Below are positions 36,421 to 49,070 of a stretch of 60,000 nucleotides of DNA, piece by piece. Under the pieces are notes generated by a model. The model was not told the DNA's origin and ran no database searches. It saw only the letters and a program-made list of their open reading frames with translations. The translations under genes and the position numbers were made by a program. Location: contig MU053881.1 of assembly GCA_013239625.1 (NCBI GenBank), positions 3,350,001 through 3,410,000 on the forward strand, written 5' to 3'. Source of the stretch: Lama guanicoe (taxonomy: Eukaryota). The first letter of the stretch is position 1. Each line of letters begins with the position of its first letter.

Positions 36421-37089
36421 GCATCAGAGATGGGACAGTAGATACACCATAAATATTTGTTGAAGAAGTGAATGAGAAAAAAATTAACCTGGTGGAAGTA
36501 GGTTTGGGAAAATCCCAGACAGGACTTTTATTTCCCGACCTTTGCAGCTTTCGTCTACATGGACTTGTGAGTTTGTTTAAAAGGCAGGTAATAAAATGGA
36601 GCCATATTCTTGGATCCAAACTCTTATCCTGCATTTCACCCTGGATATAGGATGATCACGTTCAGAACTGGGCAGCCAGGCCTGGGGTGTGGATGGGTCG
36701 TGTAGATTGCCTTGCGAACTGAATGATATTGTCTCACCCAGGTAAGTGCCAAGGTAACAGGGGAAATTCTCCTAATGTCACTGTGCCTGCTATGTGAAGT
36801 CATCACCATTATTAAAATGAAGATGATGATTGGACTGGATTTCTACAATTGCCACATCAGCTCTGCCTATTGAGATACAAAAGCCCAAATGCTAAGGATG
36901 ACCCAGTTCCTTCTGTTGCTGAATTTTCCTCTCTCTGCCCAAATTAATTTTTTTCAAGCCTTTCCTGGAAAAATCAGTTATAATCTGAGGTGCCATCTGT
37001 CCTTCTGGCTTCAAGCCAAACAACTTCATTAAAAATTGGGGGAGACTTTCCTGCACTGTTCTTAGCTTGTACCATAGCAGAAAGAAAGG

Positions 37090-37520
37090 AGTCGGCAAGG
37101 AAGGATGTCTAGGAAGCAGAGTCTGAGACAAGGATTTGAATACATATAGTTTTGGGGAGGTGACCCCAGGGAGTCCCAGTAGGGGAGTGGGCAAGTGAGA
37201 CAGGGAAAGGGAAGAAGCTCATACAAGGTGCATTTATGAGCTGGTTACCAGTGTGTTACTGAGGCACGATCCTACTGGTGGCCACGGGGAACTGTAAAAC
37301 ATGTCTCAATCAAAAGGCAAGAAAGTCGGGGTATTTATCACAAGTTCTTGTCGATGAATGCTTGAGGGAAGCCTCCAATGGTGCTATTTTCCATAATTCT
37401 GCAGCCTATATGTAAGACAAGAAGAGGAATGCAATTACAGTTTCAGTCCTCATAATGAGAAGTCCAACCATGTGCACAGAAAAAGCGAGTGCTGTGGGGA
37501 TATGACAGGACACCAACAAC
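37090..37520 (-). mobile_element. ERVL LTR16-like LTR
   Basis: ggaagcagagtctgagacaaggatttgaatacatatagttttggggaggtgaccccagg. Confidence 0.7.
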
Positions 37521-37632
37521 CTTCTGTTTCTGTTTTGTAAATAGATTCAGTTGCATTATTTTTTAGATTCTACATATAAGCGACATCATATAACATTTGT
37601 CTTTCCCTATCTGACCCTCTTTACTTAGTATG
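37521..37632 (-). mobile_element. L1 3'UTR fragment
   Basis: tttctgttttgtaaatagattc...tttagattctacatataagcgacatcatata...acttagtatg. Confidence 0.75.
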
Positions 37633-38345
37633 CTGTTCTGGCCACTTCTGTCCATTTCCACTCCTGTCTTCATGGTCCAAGCCATCATTATTATTACCTG
37701 GTTGGCTGCAATATCCTCTTCCCTAGTCTCCTGGCTACTTTTCTCTTTCTCTATTCAGCATGGAAGCCAGGGCAGTCCTATTAAAAGGTATCCAATATCA
37801 TCATGCCTCTGCTCAAAAACCTCCCATTGCTTTCCATCTCAGTCAAAAAGTCAAATTTCTTCCAAGTTCTTCCAAAAGCTGTACACAACCTAAGCTCCAT
37901 TTGCCTCTCTGACCTCATCTGGGTCTCTCTCTCTCTTGAGTTTTTTTGAGCCATGCTGACCTCCTTGCTCCTCCTCCTGCGTGACACACCCCTCCAGGCT
38001 TTGCATATGACTGTCCTCCCTCTCTGCAACACTTACTTCCTTCAAGTCTTTGCCTACAAGTCAACTTTTTAGAGAGGCCCTCTCTTACTTACCTATATAA
38101 AAGTGTATCTCTCCTCCCTGCCCCACACTTCTTACCTCCCTTCTCTGCCTTATTTCTGTGGAGTATTATCATCTTGTAATATTCTAGATTATTTACTTTT
38201 CTGTCTTCCTTCATTAGAATAGAATTTCCATGAGGTCAGGGATTTTTATTTTTTTAATCTGTTTAATTCATTGTCGTACCCATGATGCCTAGAAGAATGC
38301 CTGACTTGCAACAGATATTTAGTAAATATTAGCTGAATAAATAGG
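37633..38345 (+). mobile_element. L2a 3' region
   Basis: ggtccaagccatcatt...ctgctcaaaaacctcccattgc...tttccatgaggtcaggga...aatgcctgac...gtaaatattagctgaataaat. Confidence 0.85.
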
Positions 38346-39129
38346 TCCTGTTTCAAAACTTGATTTTCCATATGTGTGTCCCCAACTCAAAGCACAGAAC
38401 TTGACCCAGAGGGGCCACACACTCATACATTAACCATAGTAATAGTTAATACCCTTTCTCCTTAATAAACAACTATTTGGAAGAATTCTATAGGTAGGAT
38501 GCACCAAATATTCAACTAACAGACTATCCCTATTTTGTACAATAACTTCTAGAGTGAGGTAATATAGAAAAAGCAAACTGGTGTATTTTGTGGGCCTGAA
38601 ATGACCTTTATGTCAAACTGAAAAGAGTAGTCTGAGACAAGAAAACTCCAGGCTGGCTGGTCTCCCTTTATGAACATAAATATAAATAATCCCAAGCAAA
38701 ATATTTGTAAGTGAATTCTAACTTTATAAAATAAAATTTAAAAATCAGACAACATTTTAAAGACAAGTATTGTCTTTGTTGTCAATTGTCAACCACTGTA
38801 GTTCTACCCCTTATAGCTGAGTGGCCTCGGGAAACACATTCACAGAGTCTCAGTTTTCTTATTAAAAGCAAAATGGAATTGATGAATGGTAACACGTTCA
38901 TCCATGTTTGCATTCATTCCATTTTATTAGGGTACCTATGTGCCATATACTTCCCTTGGTACGAGTGACCAAAGTTAGCATAGTGAACACCATGGTAACT
39001 TGTGAAGATTAAATAAGTGGAAATGTATTAACACAGCACAGTCCCTGGCACACAGTAGGTGCTTAAAAAGTATAGATGCCTTTCTGCTAGCCAATCCTCT
39101 AGCCAAACTCTTGATAGTATCCCCAGCTC

Positions 39130-39480
39130 ATGTTCACACTCATTCTCATCTCTCCAGTGTCACCTCCAGAGGAAGCCCATCCCTAACCATCCTGTCTACA
39201 CAGCTCCCTGTCCCTTTATGTCTTTTTGATTTTCTTCATAACACTGTCCACTTTTCAACTTACCTTTAAAATATTTTCCCCTTTAATTGTGTGTTTCCCC
39301 TCTCTGAAACATAAGCTTCCTGCGAGCAGGAACCTGTTTCTTTTATTCTCTGTTGTGTCCCCAGCACCTGGACAAATATGAGGATGGTGAGATGATTGAA
39401 TGCTTGTGTCTTTTTCCTGCTTGTAGCTTTGTGCCAAGCACAGGGCTTGGAGCAGAGCAGAGGATCCAGAGAGTGTGTGG
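39130..39480 (+). mobile_element. L2 3' fragment, preceded by a MIR (~38800-39070)
   Basis: gtcacctccagaggaagccc...cataagcttcctgcgagcaggaacc...gtgtccccagcacct. Confidence 0.65.
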
Positions 39481-40034
39481 AATGAAATTCTTGTGTGGCA
39501 GCTACTGGGTTATTCTAAATGGTTTCAGTGTAAAAAAGATTGGCAGCTTGAAGAGGTGTTGGGTGTGACTTTAGCATGGGTGGTGCCTCTGGGGCAAAGC
39601 CAACACCCCGTCCTTAAACATGTGCCTTTAAATGCCCATGGGGATGCAGGCCATGCATTTCCTTCATAATGCTTCTGAGTAAAATCTGGTTCTCCTCTGC
39701 CTACTACTCTGGTCCCCCAGGGATGTCGGTCAGTACAGAAGAGCATGTGTACAGAACATGACAATTTCCAAACTTTGTTTCTCCTCCAGAATGTTATTGA
39801 ATCCTCACACCAGTTCTGGGAGGTTAGGGGATGTTTTGACTCATTTGGCAGAGCAGAGGTTTCAGAGATTTGCTGATGTGACAAAGCAAATAGATGGGGA
39901 CGCTGACCTCTGACTCTAAATCCCATGCTTTCCCACTTTAATTTCCTTTTTTTGGCATGAGATGGGACTAGAAACTTGCTGAAGTATTTTGTCAAGTTGA
40001 AAGGTAAGAATATGAAAAAGAAAGGAAAAATTAT

Positions 40035-42790
40035 TTACTTTTATTTTATTTTACCTTTTTATTCATTTTGCTAATGTATAGTTGACTTACAGTGTTGTAT
40101 TAGGTGTACAGCACAATGATTCAGTTATATATGTATTCTTTCTCATTATAGGTTATTACAGGATATTAAATGTGGTTCCCATACAAAAACCAGGCAAAGA
40201 CACCACCAAAAAAGAGAATTACAGACCAATATCACTGATGAACATAGATGCAAAAATCCTTACCAAAATATTAGCAAATAAAATCCAACAGCACATAAAA
40301 AAGATTATACATCATGACCAAGTGGGGTTCATCCCAGGGACACAAGGATGGTTCAACACATGCAAATCAATCAATGTAATACATCACATCAACAAGAGAA
40401 AGGACAAAAACCACATGATTATCTCAATAGATGCAGAGAAAGCTTTTGATAAAATTCAACACCCATTTATGATAAAAACTCTCACTAAAGCGGGTATAGA
40501 GGGAACATATCTCAACATAATAAAAGCTATATATGACAAACCTATAGCCAGCATAGTACTCAACAGTGAAAAACTCAAAAGTTTCCTACTAAAATCAAGA
40601 CAAAGCTGCCCACTATCACCACTCCTATTCAATATAGTCTTGGAAGTCCTAGCCACAGCAATCAAGCAAGAGAGAGAAATAAAAGGGATTCAAATTGGAA
40701 AAGAGGTAAAAGTGTCACTATATGCAGATGACATGATACTTTATATAGAAAACCCTAAAAGGTCCACACAAAAACTACTAGAAATAATTGAAGAATTCAG
40801 CAAGGTAGCAGGTTACAAGATGAACATACAAAAATCAGTTGCATTTCTTTACACTAATGATGAATCAACAGGAAAAGAAAGTAAAGAAACAATCCCCTTT
40901 AAAATAGCACCCAAAGTAATAAAATACCTAGGAGTCAATCTAACCAAGGAGGTGAAAGACTTATACACGGAAAACTATAAAACACTGATGAAGGAAATTA
41001 AAGAAGACTTTAAAAAATGGAAAGATATCCCATGCTCCTGGGTTGGAAGAGTCAATATTGTTAAAATGGTCACACTGCCCAAGGCAATCTACAGATTTAA
41101 TGCAATCCCTATCCAATTACCCAGGACATATTTCACAGAACTAGAACAAATCATAATAAAATTTATATGGAACCACAAAAGACCTAGAATTGCCAAAGCA
41201 TTACTGAAGGAAAAGAAAGGGGCTGGAAGAATAACTCTCCCAGACTTCAGACAATACTACAGTGCTACAGTAATCAAGACAGCATGGTATTGGTACAAAA
41301 ACACACATATGGACCAATGGAACAGAATAGAGAGCCCAGAAATGAACCCACAAATTTTGGTCAATAATCTTTGACAAAGGAGGCAAGAATATACAACGGA
41401 ATAAAGACAGTCCCTTCAGCAAATGGTGTTGGGAAAACTGGACAGCAGCATGTAAAGCAATGAAGCTAGAACACTCCCTTACACCACACACAAAAATAAA
41501 CTCAAAATGGATCAAAGACTTAAACATAAGACAAGATACAATAAACCTCCTAGAAGAAAATATAGGCAAAACATTATCTGACATACATCTCAAAAATGCT
41601 CTCCTAGGGCAGCCTACCCAAGCAATAGAAATAAAAGCAAGAATAAACAAATGGGACCTAATGAAACTTACAAGCTTCTGGACAGCAAAGGAAACCATAA
41701 GTAAAACAAAACAACAACCTACGGAATGGGAGAAAATTTTTGCAGATGATGAAACTGACAAAGGCTTGATCTCCAGAATATATAAGCAGCTCATATGACT
41801 TCATAAGAAAAAACCAAACATCCCAATCCAAAAATGGGCAGAAGACCTAATCAAGCAATTCTCCAAGGAAGACATACAAATGATCAATAGGCACATGAAA
41901 AAATGCTCAACATCACTAATTATCAGAGAAATGCAAATCAAAACTACAATGAGGTATCACCTCACACAAGCCAGAATGGCCATCATTCAAAAGTCCACAA
42001 ATGACAAATGCTGGAGAGGCTGTTGAGAAAGGGGAACCCTCCTACACTGCTGGTGGGAATGCAGTTTGGTGCAGCCACTGTGGAAAACAGTGTGGAGATT
42101 CCTCAAAAGAGTAGGAATAGACTTACTATATGACCCAGGAATCCCGCTCCTGGGCATACATCCAGAAGGAACCCAACTTCAAAAAGACACCTGCACCCCA
42201 ATGTTTATAGCAGCACTATTTACAATAGCCAAGACATGGAAACAGCCTAAATGTCCATCAACAGAGGACTGGATAAAGAAGAAATGGTATATTTATACAA
42301 TGGAATACTACTCAGCCATAAAAATGATAATATAGTGCCATTTGCAGCAACATGGATGTTCCTGGAGAATGTCATTCTAAGTGAAGTAAGCCAGAAAGAG
42401 AAAGAAAAATACCATATGAGATTGCTCATATGTGGAATCTAAAAAAAAAAAAAGAACATCAAAACAGAAACAGACATAGAACACAAACTTGCGGTTGCCA
42501 AGGGGGAGGAGGGTGGAAGGGACACACTGGGAGTTCAAAATTTGTAGATACTGACAGGCATATGTAGAATAGAAAAACAAGATTATATTATATAACACAG
42601 GGAAATATATGCAAGATCTTGTGGTAGCTCACAGCGAAAAATAAATGTGACAACGAATATATGTATGTTCATGTATAACTGAAAAATTGTGCTCTACACT
42701 GAAAATTGACACAACATTGTAAATTGATTACAACTCAATAAAAAATGTGGTTCTCTGTGCTATACAGTAGGACTTTGTTGTTTCTATAAA
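40035..42790 (-). mobile_element. Older L1 3'-end fragment, split into 40035-40180 and 42743-42790 by the young L1
   Basis: T-rich tail, then gtatagttgacttacagtgttg...tgtacagcacaatgattcag...atattaaatgtggttccc, resuming as tgtgctatacagtaggactttgttg after the L1 insertion. Confidence 0.85.
40181..42742 (+). mobile_element. Young 5'-truncated LINE-1 (ORF2 RT domain to 3'UTR), inactive
   Basis: ORF2 peptide [17 protein letters not shown]...[10 protein letters not shown]...[10 protein letters not shown]...KYLGVNL; C-terminal [20 protein letters not shown]2 ends at 42442; AATAAA at 42737-42742. 13-bp TSD aaatgtggttc(c/t)c at 40168-40180 and 42743-42755 at a TT/AAA site. Frameshift near 41360 and stops near 41796 and 42023. 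Confidence 0.97.
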
Positions 42791-44299
42791 ATTTTTCTTT
42801 TAAAGGCCTTATTAAAAAGTGTAATGGGGAGAATGGGTGATAAAAGATTGAAAACGACTTCAAATTTACTCCTTTAGGTGGAGAGAAATACCAGGTGCCC
42901 ACACAGTGCATCAGGAGCAGCAGGCATCAGGTGGCGTTGTCTGTCAGGAAAGGAATCAGAAAACTTTCAGCAAATAATCATGGAATGTGTTTTCCTGCCT
43001 TTTTTGGATAGAAAGTAAAAACTTTGAAGAGGATGCAAACTATCCCAACTGATTTGACAATGCTTGAAAGAAAAAGAGCTGAGATTAAAAGAAAAAATCA
43101 ACACATTTTTGAATACAGCAAATTCAGCAGGCATTTCTATACTCCAGCACATTGTCTCTGTATAACGCATTCAGTGCTCATGACAACCTTGCACAGTAGG
43201 GATCCTTCTCTCCATTTTAGGGTGATGTGTTTTGTTTAAGGATGCAGTTAATAAGTGGCAGGGCCAGAATTTAAAATACCCCTTCGCCAGGCTGTTATTT
43301 GGGGTCAAAAACGTCATGGGCCATGTCGGGTAGACCCAGAGCTTCAGCTCTGGGTTTGTAGCATGGCTTTGGCAACTGCATTATCAGGATGAGATGGCGT
43401 GGAAGAGCATTGCACCCAGGGGGCCCCTGTTCCGGTGGAGCTGGGCAATAATATGCAAGGGCAGATGTAGGCAGAACAATACAAACATCTTGGGAAAAAC
43501 ACACTGTGTTTCAAGGCAGGTGGAATTTACAAAGAACTCTGAGAAATTAAAGATCTCGTTGACACTGAGATTCCTGTACAATTGGAATATTGGCTTCACA
43601 GAAGAGGGAGATTGGTCTGGGGGGACGAGCAGGGAACCTGGACCAGAGGGGACGTGAAAGTGTCACAGAGGATGTCAGAATCAGGCAACGGAAAGAGATC
43701 AGGACTGGGGCTCTGGCAGCACCCCGGCTTCCTCTGCGTTACATGCGTCACTTCACCAGCACACCATTGTGAAGGTTTTGGTTAAATCAAAGCAGTATTT
43801 GTAATTTGATGAGTGTATACAACACACATGTGCTTATAAGTGGATACATGTGAGCCTAAGTGTACTCACACACACACACACATACACACAGACATTCATA
43901 ATTCAACTACTTAATAAATTACTTATTTTTCTTTCCATAAGGTGGTTTCAATTCTCATTAATTTTTTAAGGGAGTAGCCTAACATAGGCTAGTAATTTAA
44001 AAATTTTCCACACTCTTGAAAGAAAGTGGAAGCTTAGATGGAAAAAATGGTCATATATAAAACACGTAAGTAGTCCTTTGTTAGTTCACATTTACTTCAC
44101 AATTTCAAATTATAACAACGACTCATGCTAAAGTCAGGCAATGAGGACAGCAAGGCGGTTTCAGTGGATTCACAGTTTGAAACTGGGGCTTATGAATGGT
44201 TACCACATATTAGCTTCAGCATCCGGTGTCATCCTAAATTTTGTTTTATAGAGAGTTTAGCCAACCTGAACACCAAACAATCTGTGTTGAGAAAGTTTT

Positions 44300-44429
44300 C
44301 TTTTTTTGAGTAAAAGTTGGTTTATTTAGAGAGATGTATACCTGGGGAGGGGTTTAAAGTAAAGATTGATACACACTCCACTGACAGAGCGCGGGCTGTC
44401 TCAGAAGGCAAGAGAGAGCGAGAGCCCCC
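44300..44429 (-). mobile_element. Short polyadenylated retrocopy resembling an ERV1 LTR R region
   Basis: Minus strand reads gggggctctcgctctctcttgccttctgagacagcccgcgctctgtcagtggagtgtgt...AATAAA...cttttactc-A7. Perfect 11-bp TSD gagaaagtttt at 44289-44299 and 44430-44440. Confidence 0.8.
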
Positions 44430-45577
44430 GAGAAAGTTTTGCTTTACGCAGAGAAGTAGCTACAAATGGCAGACTTAAAAAAAAAATGAAACCAACTATT
44501 TTTTCCTTCTTTCTACAGATGTAACACACATGTTTTCTGGTCAGTAATGTTCCACCAAAACCAAAGCAGACAGGTGACCAGTAAAGGTGTACTAACCCCT
44601 ACTCATGCTGAGCGGGACCAGTGGAACACCAATTTGGTAAGAGATTCCGAAAGGAAGAAGAAATTGCAGTCATCTTTTTTTTTTAAACAAACAAACAAAC
44701 AAACAAAGAAACAAACTCACATCCACCACCCCCACAGAAAAACCTAGCAAACTGAGGTATACAGAAAGGTCATTCAACAAGTCTGAACAAACACACTTAA
44801 CATGGGATGAGGACAGAGTACCCCTCTGTCTACTTCCAGCGCACAGTGTATATTTATCGGTGCCCAGTAAAACAGGAAAGCTGACGTGGGGAGCATTTTT
44901 GCCTTCAGAGCACTAACAACTAAAAAGCACAAAGGATACAATACTTTGATCTTTACGAGGATAGTCAAGGAAATTCCAAGAATAGTTCCACTAGGTTAAC
45001 CTGAACGTTCATCTATAGAATTTGTTTTTCACAAATAATGCTTAAAAGAGGCTTCCAGAAACCCTGAGACTCCATCCGGACCAGCAGAAGACAAAGTGAT
45101 AAGAGGGCTTACGCACCAGTGCAACACGAAGTGATATTCGCGTGTAGCTTTTAGGGAAAGGACACCTCTGTCAGTTTATTCCCATAGCCAAGGCTAGCAG
45201 TGATAATGGGAACTTCAGAAATCTCAAGGTAGGGACAGCTGGCTTGAGTAACATCCCAGACAAACACTCCCAATCTGTCCTCACACAACTGGGCCACTGG
45301 GGCCGAAGGGATGAAACTCTGACCCAAGTGAAGGAGCTGAGATTATATAGAAAATTTGGGCTAAGTTTGCTGTGGTATTTAGGGAAAATGGGCGGGGTGG
45401 TTCATGGTGGTGGGCAATCCCACATTTTTGACACACTCACCTGTGTGCTAGGGGAAGGGGACCGCCAGGTGGAATGCTCACTATCTCAGCTTGACCCAAA
45501 GTCTGAACTCAGAAGCAGCTGAGAGAGGCGTCTGCTCTGGGGGGATTACTGAACACAAGCTGTTTCAGGGTCAGGTA

Positions 45578-46570
45578 ATTTTGTTTTTGACTCATCCATC
45601 ATGAACATCGATGAAGAGCTGCCGCACAGACTCTGTCTCTCCAATGGAGGGAGGAGTTGGTGTCACCAACTTTTTTCTGGGAAGCTGGCATGGAAGATGA
45701 TTTGCACAATGGAGTCTCCACTGAACTGCTGCTGAAGTCTAGTCCCTGGTTGCCTACTTCCTCTGCCCTGTTGTCCAGAAGTATGTCTTCAAAAGCCTAA
45801 AAATCAGAACAGTTGACTCTTGAGCAATATGGCTATTAGGGCGGCCGACCTCTGCACGGTCGAAAATCCACTTATAACTTTACAGTCAGCCTTCTGTATT
45901 CGCCATTCTGCCTCTGAGGATCCAACCAACTGCAGATCACATAGTAGTGTAGTATGTATTTATGAAAGAAAAAGTCCGCATGCAAGTGGAGCTGTCAGTT
46001 CAAACTTGTTTAAGGGTCAACTTATAAAGGGAGCAGCACGTGGAGCACATGCTCAGCCACGTCATCACTGTGGTCCTGGATGCGGCTGTGAAGGCCATCA
46101 TGTTGAATACGGGGATCAGCTCCGGCCGCCTTGCTTCAATATGCTTTCTACCAGAGAATTATACTCATTAAAAGTAGACATGTAGGTGAGTTAATTCTCT
46201 TTCCGTTTTCAGACTCCTGGTAGTGCTTGTCCATGCTATTTCTCCGTAACAACTGGAACTCATCATTCATGATCACATCCTCTAAACAGCGGACCACAGC
46301 TTCCATTTCTGCTTCAGAGGTGAAATAGATGGAGAGCATGAACCCATGGGCCTCTTGCTACACCCAAAGTCTGAGCCCAGTCTCCACTCTACCCTTCTCA
46401 GCCCCAGCCGGCCTTGTGGGCACGTTGGTGAGCCTGGAGGAGGCCTTGTAGCCCAGACGATGGCTTATTTGGGGCCCAGCTGGCTTCAAGCCCCTGCATG
46501 AGGCTCCAGCCTCAGGCTCCCCAAGCTGCTGCCTCCGCCAAGCCGAGTCTACCACCACGGCTACCTGCAG
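45578..46570 (-). pseudogene. ARL2BP: Processed pseudogene of ARL2BP (BART): intronless, with frameshifts and stops, interrupted by a MER8 MITE
   Basis: Minus-strand translation across frames gives LSIYFTSEAEMEAVVRCLEDVIMNDEFQLLRRNSMDKHYQE...LTYMSTFNEYNSLVE...IPVFNMMAFTA...DHSDDVAEHVLHVLL-[MITE]-DF*AFEDILLDNRAEEVGNQGLDFSSSSVETPLCKSSSMPASQ. This is colinear with ARL2BP (LSFSSASDAEFDAVVGYLEDIIMDDEFQLLQRNFMDKYY...RGLDLSSGLVVTSLCKSSSLPASQ). CDS remnant is ~46370 to ~45657, a GC-rich 5'UTR-like segment extends to ~46570, and a possible polyA relic lies at ~45578-45588. Confidence 0.93.
45810..46023. mobile_element. TcMar-Tigger MITE (MER8/Tigger2-derived) inserted in the ARL2BP pseudogene
   Basis: Terminal inverted repeats cagttgactcttgagcaa...ttgtttaagggtcaact; internal gtcgaaaatccacttataactt is typical of MER8. 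Confidence 0.85.
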
Positions 46571-47784
46571 ATGTTTGACCACTCACTGAGGAATCTCAGG
46601 ATATTTGTCCAATTAAACTGATCAAACAGCTTGGAAGCAGAGCACAGAATTTCTGTCTCAACACTGAGTCATTGTTAACATATTGGCATTTCTGAATCGC
46701 AACCGTACAACTTGTAGGAAGGCAATGTGTTGATTCTTGGATCAGTGCAGAATCCCCATTGTTTAGTATTTTATAGCAGGATTTAATTGTTAGAATAATG
46801 AGCATCCTCGTGGGTTTCAGAGCTGCCCAACGTCTTGTGTTTTGCATATTGGAGCTCAGCTTTACATTTCAAGTTCATTATGGACACTTTATGTGCAGTG
46901 GGGAGCATGGCAACCTATTCAAAAGAATTAGAGGGGAGCTCCCAAACTTGTTGCAAATCCTCCAGTCTTCCTAGAAGGACACAGATGTGTTGTGCCATGT
47001 GAGCCTTCAAGTCACACACCTGACTTGACACCTTTATGATCATTTGCACTGAACAAATATATTCAGCATTATCCAAGGATGCTAAGCACATATTTTTTTC
47101 CTAATCTACTCGCTTGAACAACTTTATGTAACTGTAAACATGCCAAAACCTGATTTCTTTTTTAAAAAGAGCATTTTAATCATAATCAGTAAACCCATTT
47201 TCCAGATGTTCACCTGTAAATACTGAGGTGCCAGAAGAATCCTTCATTGGAGATCTGCACCAATATGAATTAATATAGAAGTGCACAGCAAAGCACTGGA
47301 AGGCTTCCACATGCTGCAGGTTGGTACATGGAACAACTGGTGTGTGCTCTTCTGTGTCATGGCTTTGAAAATTGTAAGTGTACATTGAAAAAGGGTATTT
47401 GAACAGACTTCAATGGCACCTCAAACACCACCATAGTCTGAAAACCACTGGCCTAGAACTGGAGAATCCTGACTGCTGCTTGTGAGCTATATAAACAAGA
47501 TTTCCCTTATTTTAAGTTCAGGTCTCTCATTTCTCAAAGGAGGTGGCCATCCCACGGGGTTGATGTGATGGTTGAATAAAACAGTGTGTGTAAGGTGTGT
47601 ACCACCAAGGTCTTCCATGTAGAGAGCGCCCCTCAAATACTAACTCATCTCTCCCAATTTCATAGAATGTGAGTGTTGCTCAGGATATGAGAGCTGAAGC
47701 ATGAGAAACCCATACCACATTTGCTATCAGCCTCCTGGGGTCTGCTGGAAAGACCAAGCAAAAATTGGGCTCAAGTGTGGTGGC

Positions 47785-47957
47785 TGTCAGCCCAGAGTTG
47801 CACATGACTCACATAGGGAGGTTTGAAATATGCTGATACCTGGGCCTCATCCCCAGAGATTCTGATCTAACTTGTCTGGGATTCTGCCTAGGCATTGGCA
47901 ATTAAAAAAAAATTCTCCAGGAAATTTTGATGTGCAGTCAGGGTTGAGAACCACTGC
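47785..47957. mobile_element. MER5A, preceded by a MIR (~47460-47650)
   Basis: gatacctgggcctcatccccagagattctgat...gatgtgcagtcagggttgagaaccactg. Confidence 0.85.
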
Positions 47958-48702
47958 TCTAGACAGAAGGGCCGTCCATCTGTAGCATTCTACCATGGTC
48001 TTGGCACAACACTCCAGTCTCATTTTGTCTCCCCTACTGTCCCCTGCATGAGTGTAATTTATTCTCCAAGTTATTCCCATGGCCTGTGTAAGTGTGCCGT
48101 CTCTGGCAGGGTGCCACCGCCACCATATGCCACGCCATGTGCCTCTTCTTCTCCGCTCTGCTGCTGCCTCTCCAGCTCCTCCTTGAGATCCTGAAGCAAG
48201 GTGCTTGGCATATACACTGAATGTCTTGAGGAAAATACCAACTGCATCCTTTAGGTTAAAGCTAAACCTGGCATCCTACAGTGCAGAGATAACAAGGCTT
48301 CTGCTTACTCTACAGGGAGAAATCGCATAATTTAGAATGAAAGAGAGAGAGAGCTATGGGTTTTACACAGTCTGAGAGTCCTTAACAAAGCAAAAGATGG
48401 CAGAGGAGTCATGTCTGGCCATAGAGGCTCCTCTCACCCCGTTCACTACTCAGTCATTCATGAAATGTTTTCTGAGTTGGTTTCAAAGGAGGGTGTATTT
48501 GCTTCTGCCTCCAGGAGACAGTGAAGCCTTCATGGAGGAGGTGATTTTTGATCTTGGTTTGGAGCAGATATTGGAGGTTGGTTGGACATTGGAGGACATG
48601 TGAATAAAAACCAAAGGCGGTCAGCATGAGGAAGAGCATGGAGCTAATCACACTGTGTATTTAGAAATCATATCATGTGGAAGGGGTTTTGGAGGCCAGT
48701 AG

Positions 48703-49070
48703 TGTATGGGTCAGGATGGATTAGGTCATACTGCAGTAACAGACAGCTTCCAAATCTCAGTGGCTTAACACGGCACACTTAACTATTTCTCACCTGGACT
48801 GATCATCCATCACGGGTCAACTGGGGTCTTCTCTGCATTGTCCTGACTCAGGGTGATGACTCTACCACCTGGATCCTTCCCTGTGGCAAGGGGACAAGAA
48901 AATGATGAACTGGATTTTATAGATTCCCAACTAGAAGTGACACATGTCACTTCCATTCACATTTTATTGGCCAAACCTACACCTAACTTGAAGACAAAGG
49001 GAAAGAACAACCATCCCATAGGCCTCCAGGGAGAAAAATTGGAAACTTTGGTGAATGGCTTTAATAGCTA
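48703..49070 (-). mobile_element. MLT1I/J-like LTR, preceded by L2 (~48450-48700)
   Basis: gtcaggatggattaggtcatactgcagtaacag...caaatctcagtggcttaa...gaagtgacacatgtcacttcc. Confidence 0.75.

Noticed and set aside
40082..41374. 430-aa ORF as a functional reverse transcriptase gene
   Set aside because: It is a 5'-truncated L1 with no promoter, ORF1 or endonuclease domain. The listed start is a TTG in antisense host-L1 sequence, and there is a frameshift and several stops downstream.
42920..42940. CTCF-like motifs (gcatcaggtggcgt; also ccgccaggtggaat at ~45462)
   Set aside because: Only partial matches with core mismatches; not supportable without matrix scoring or ChIP data.
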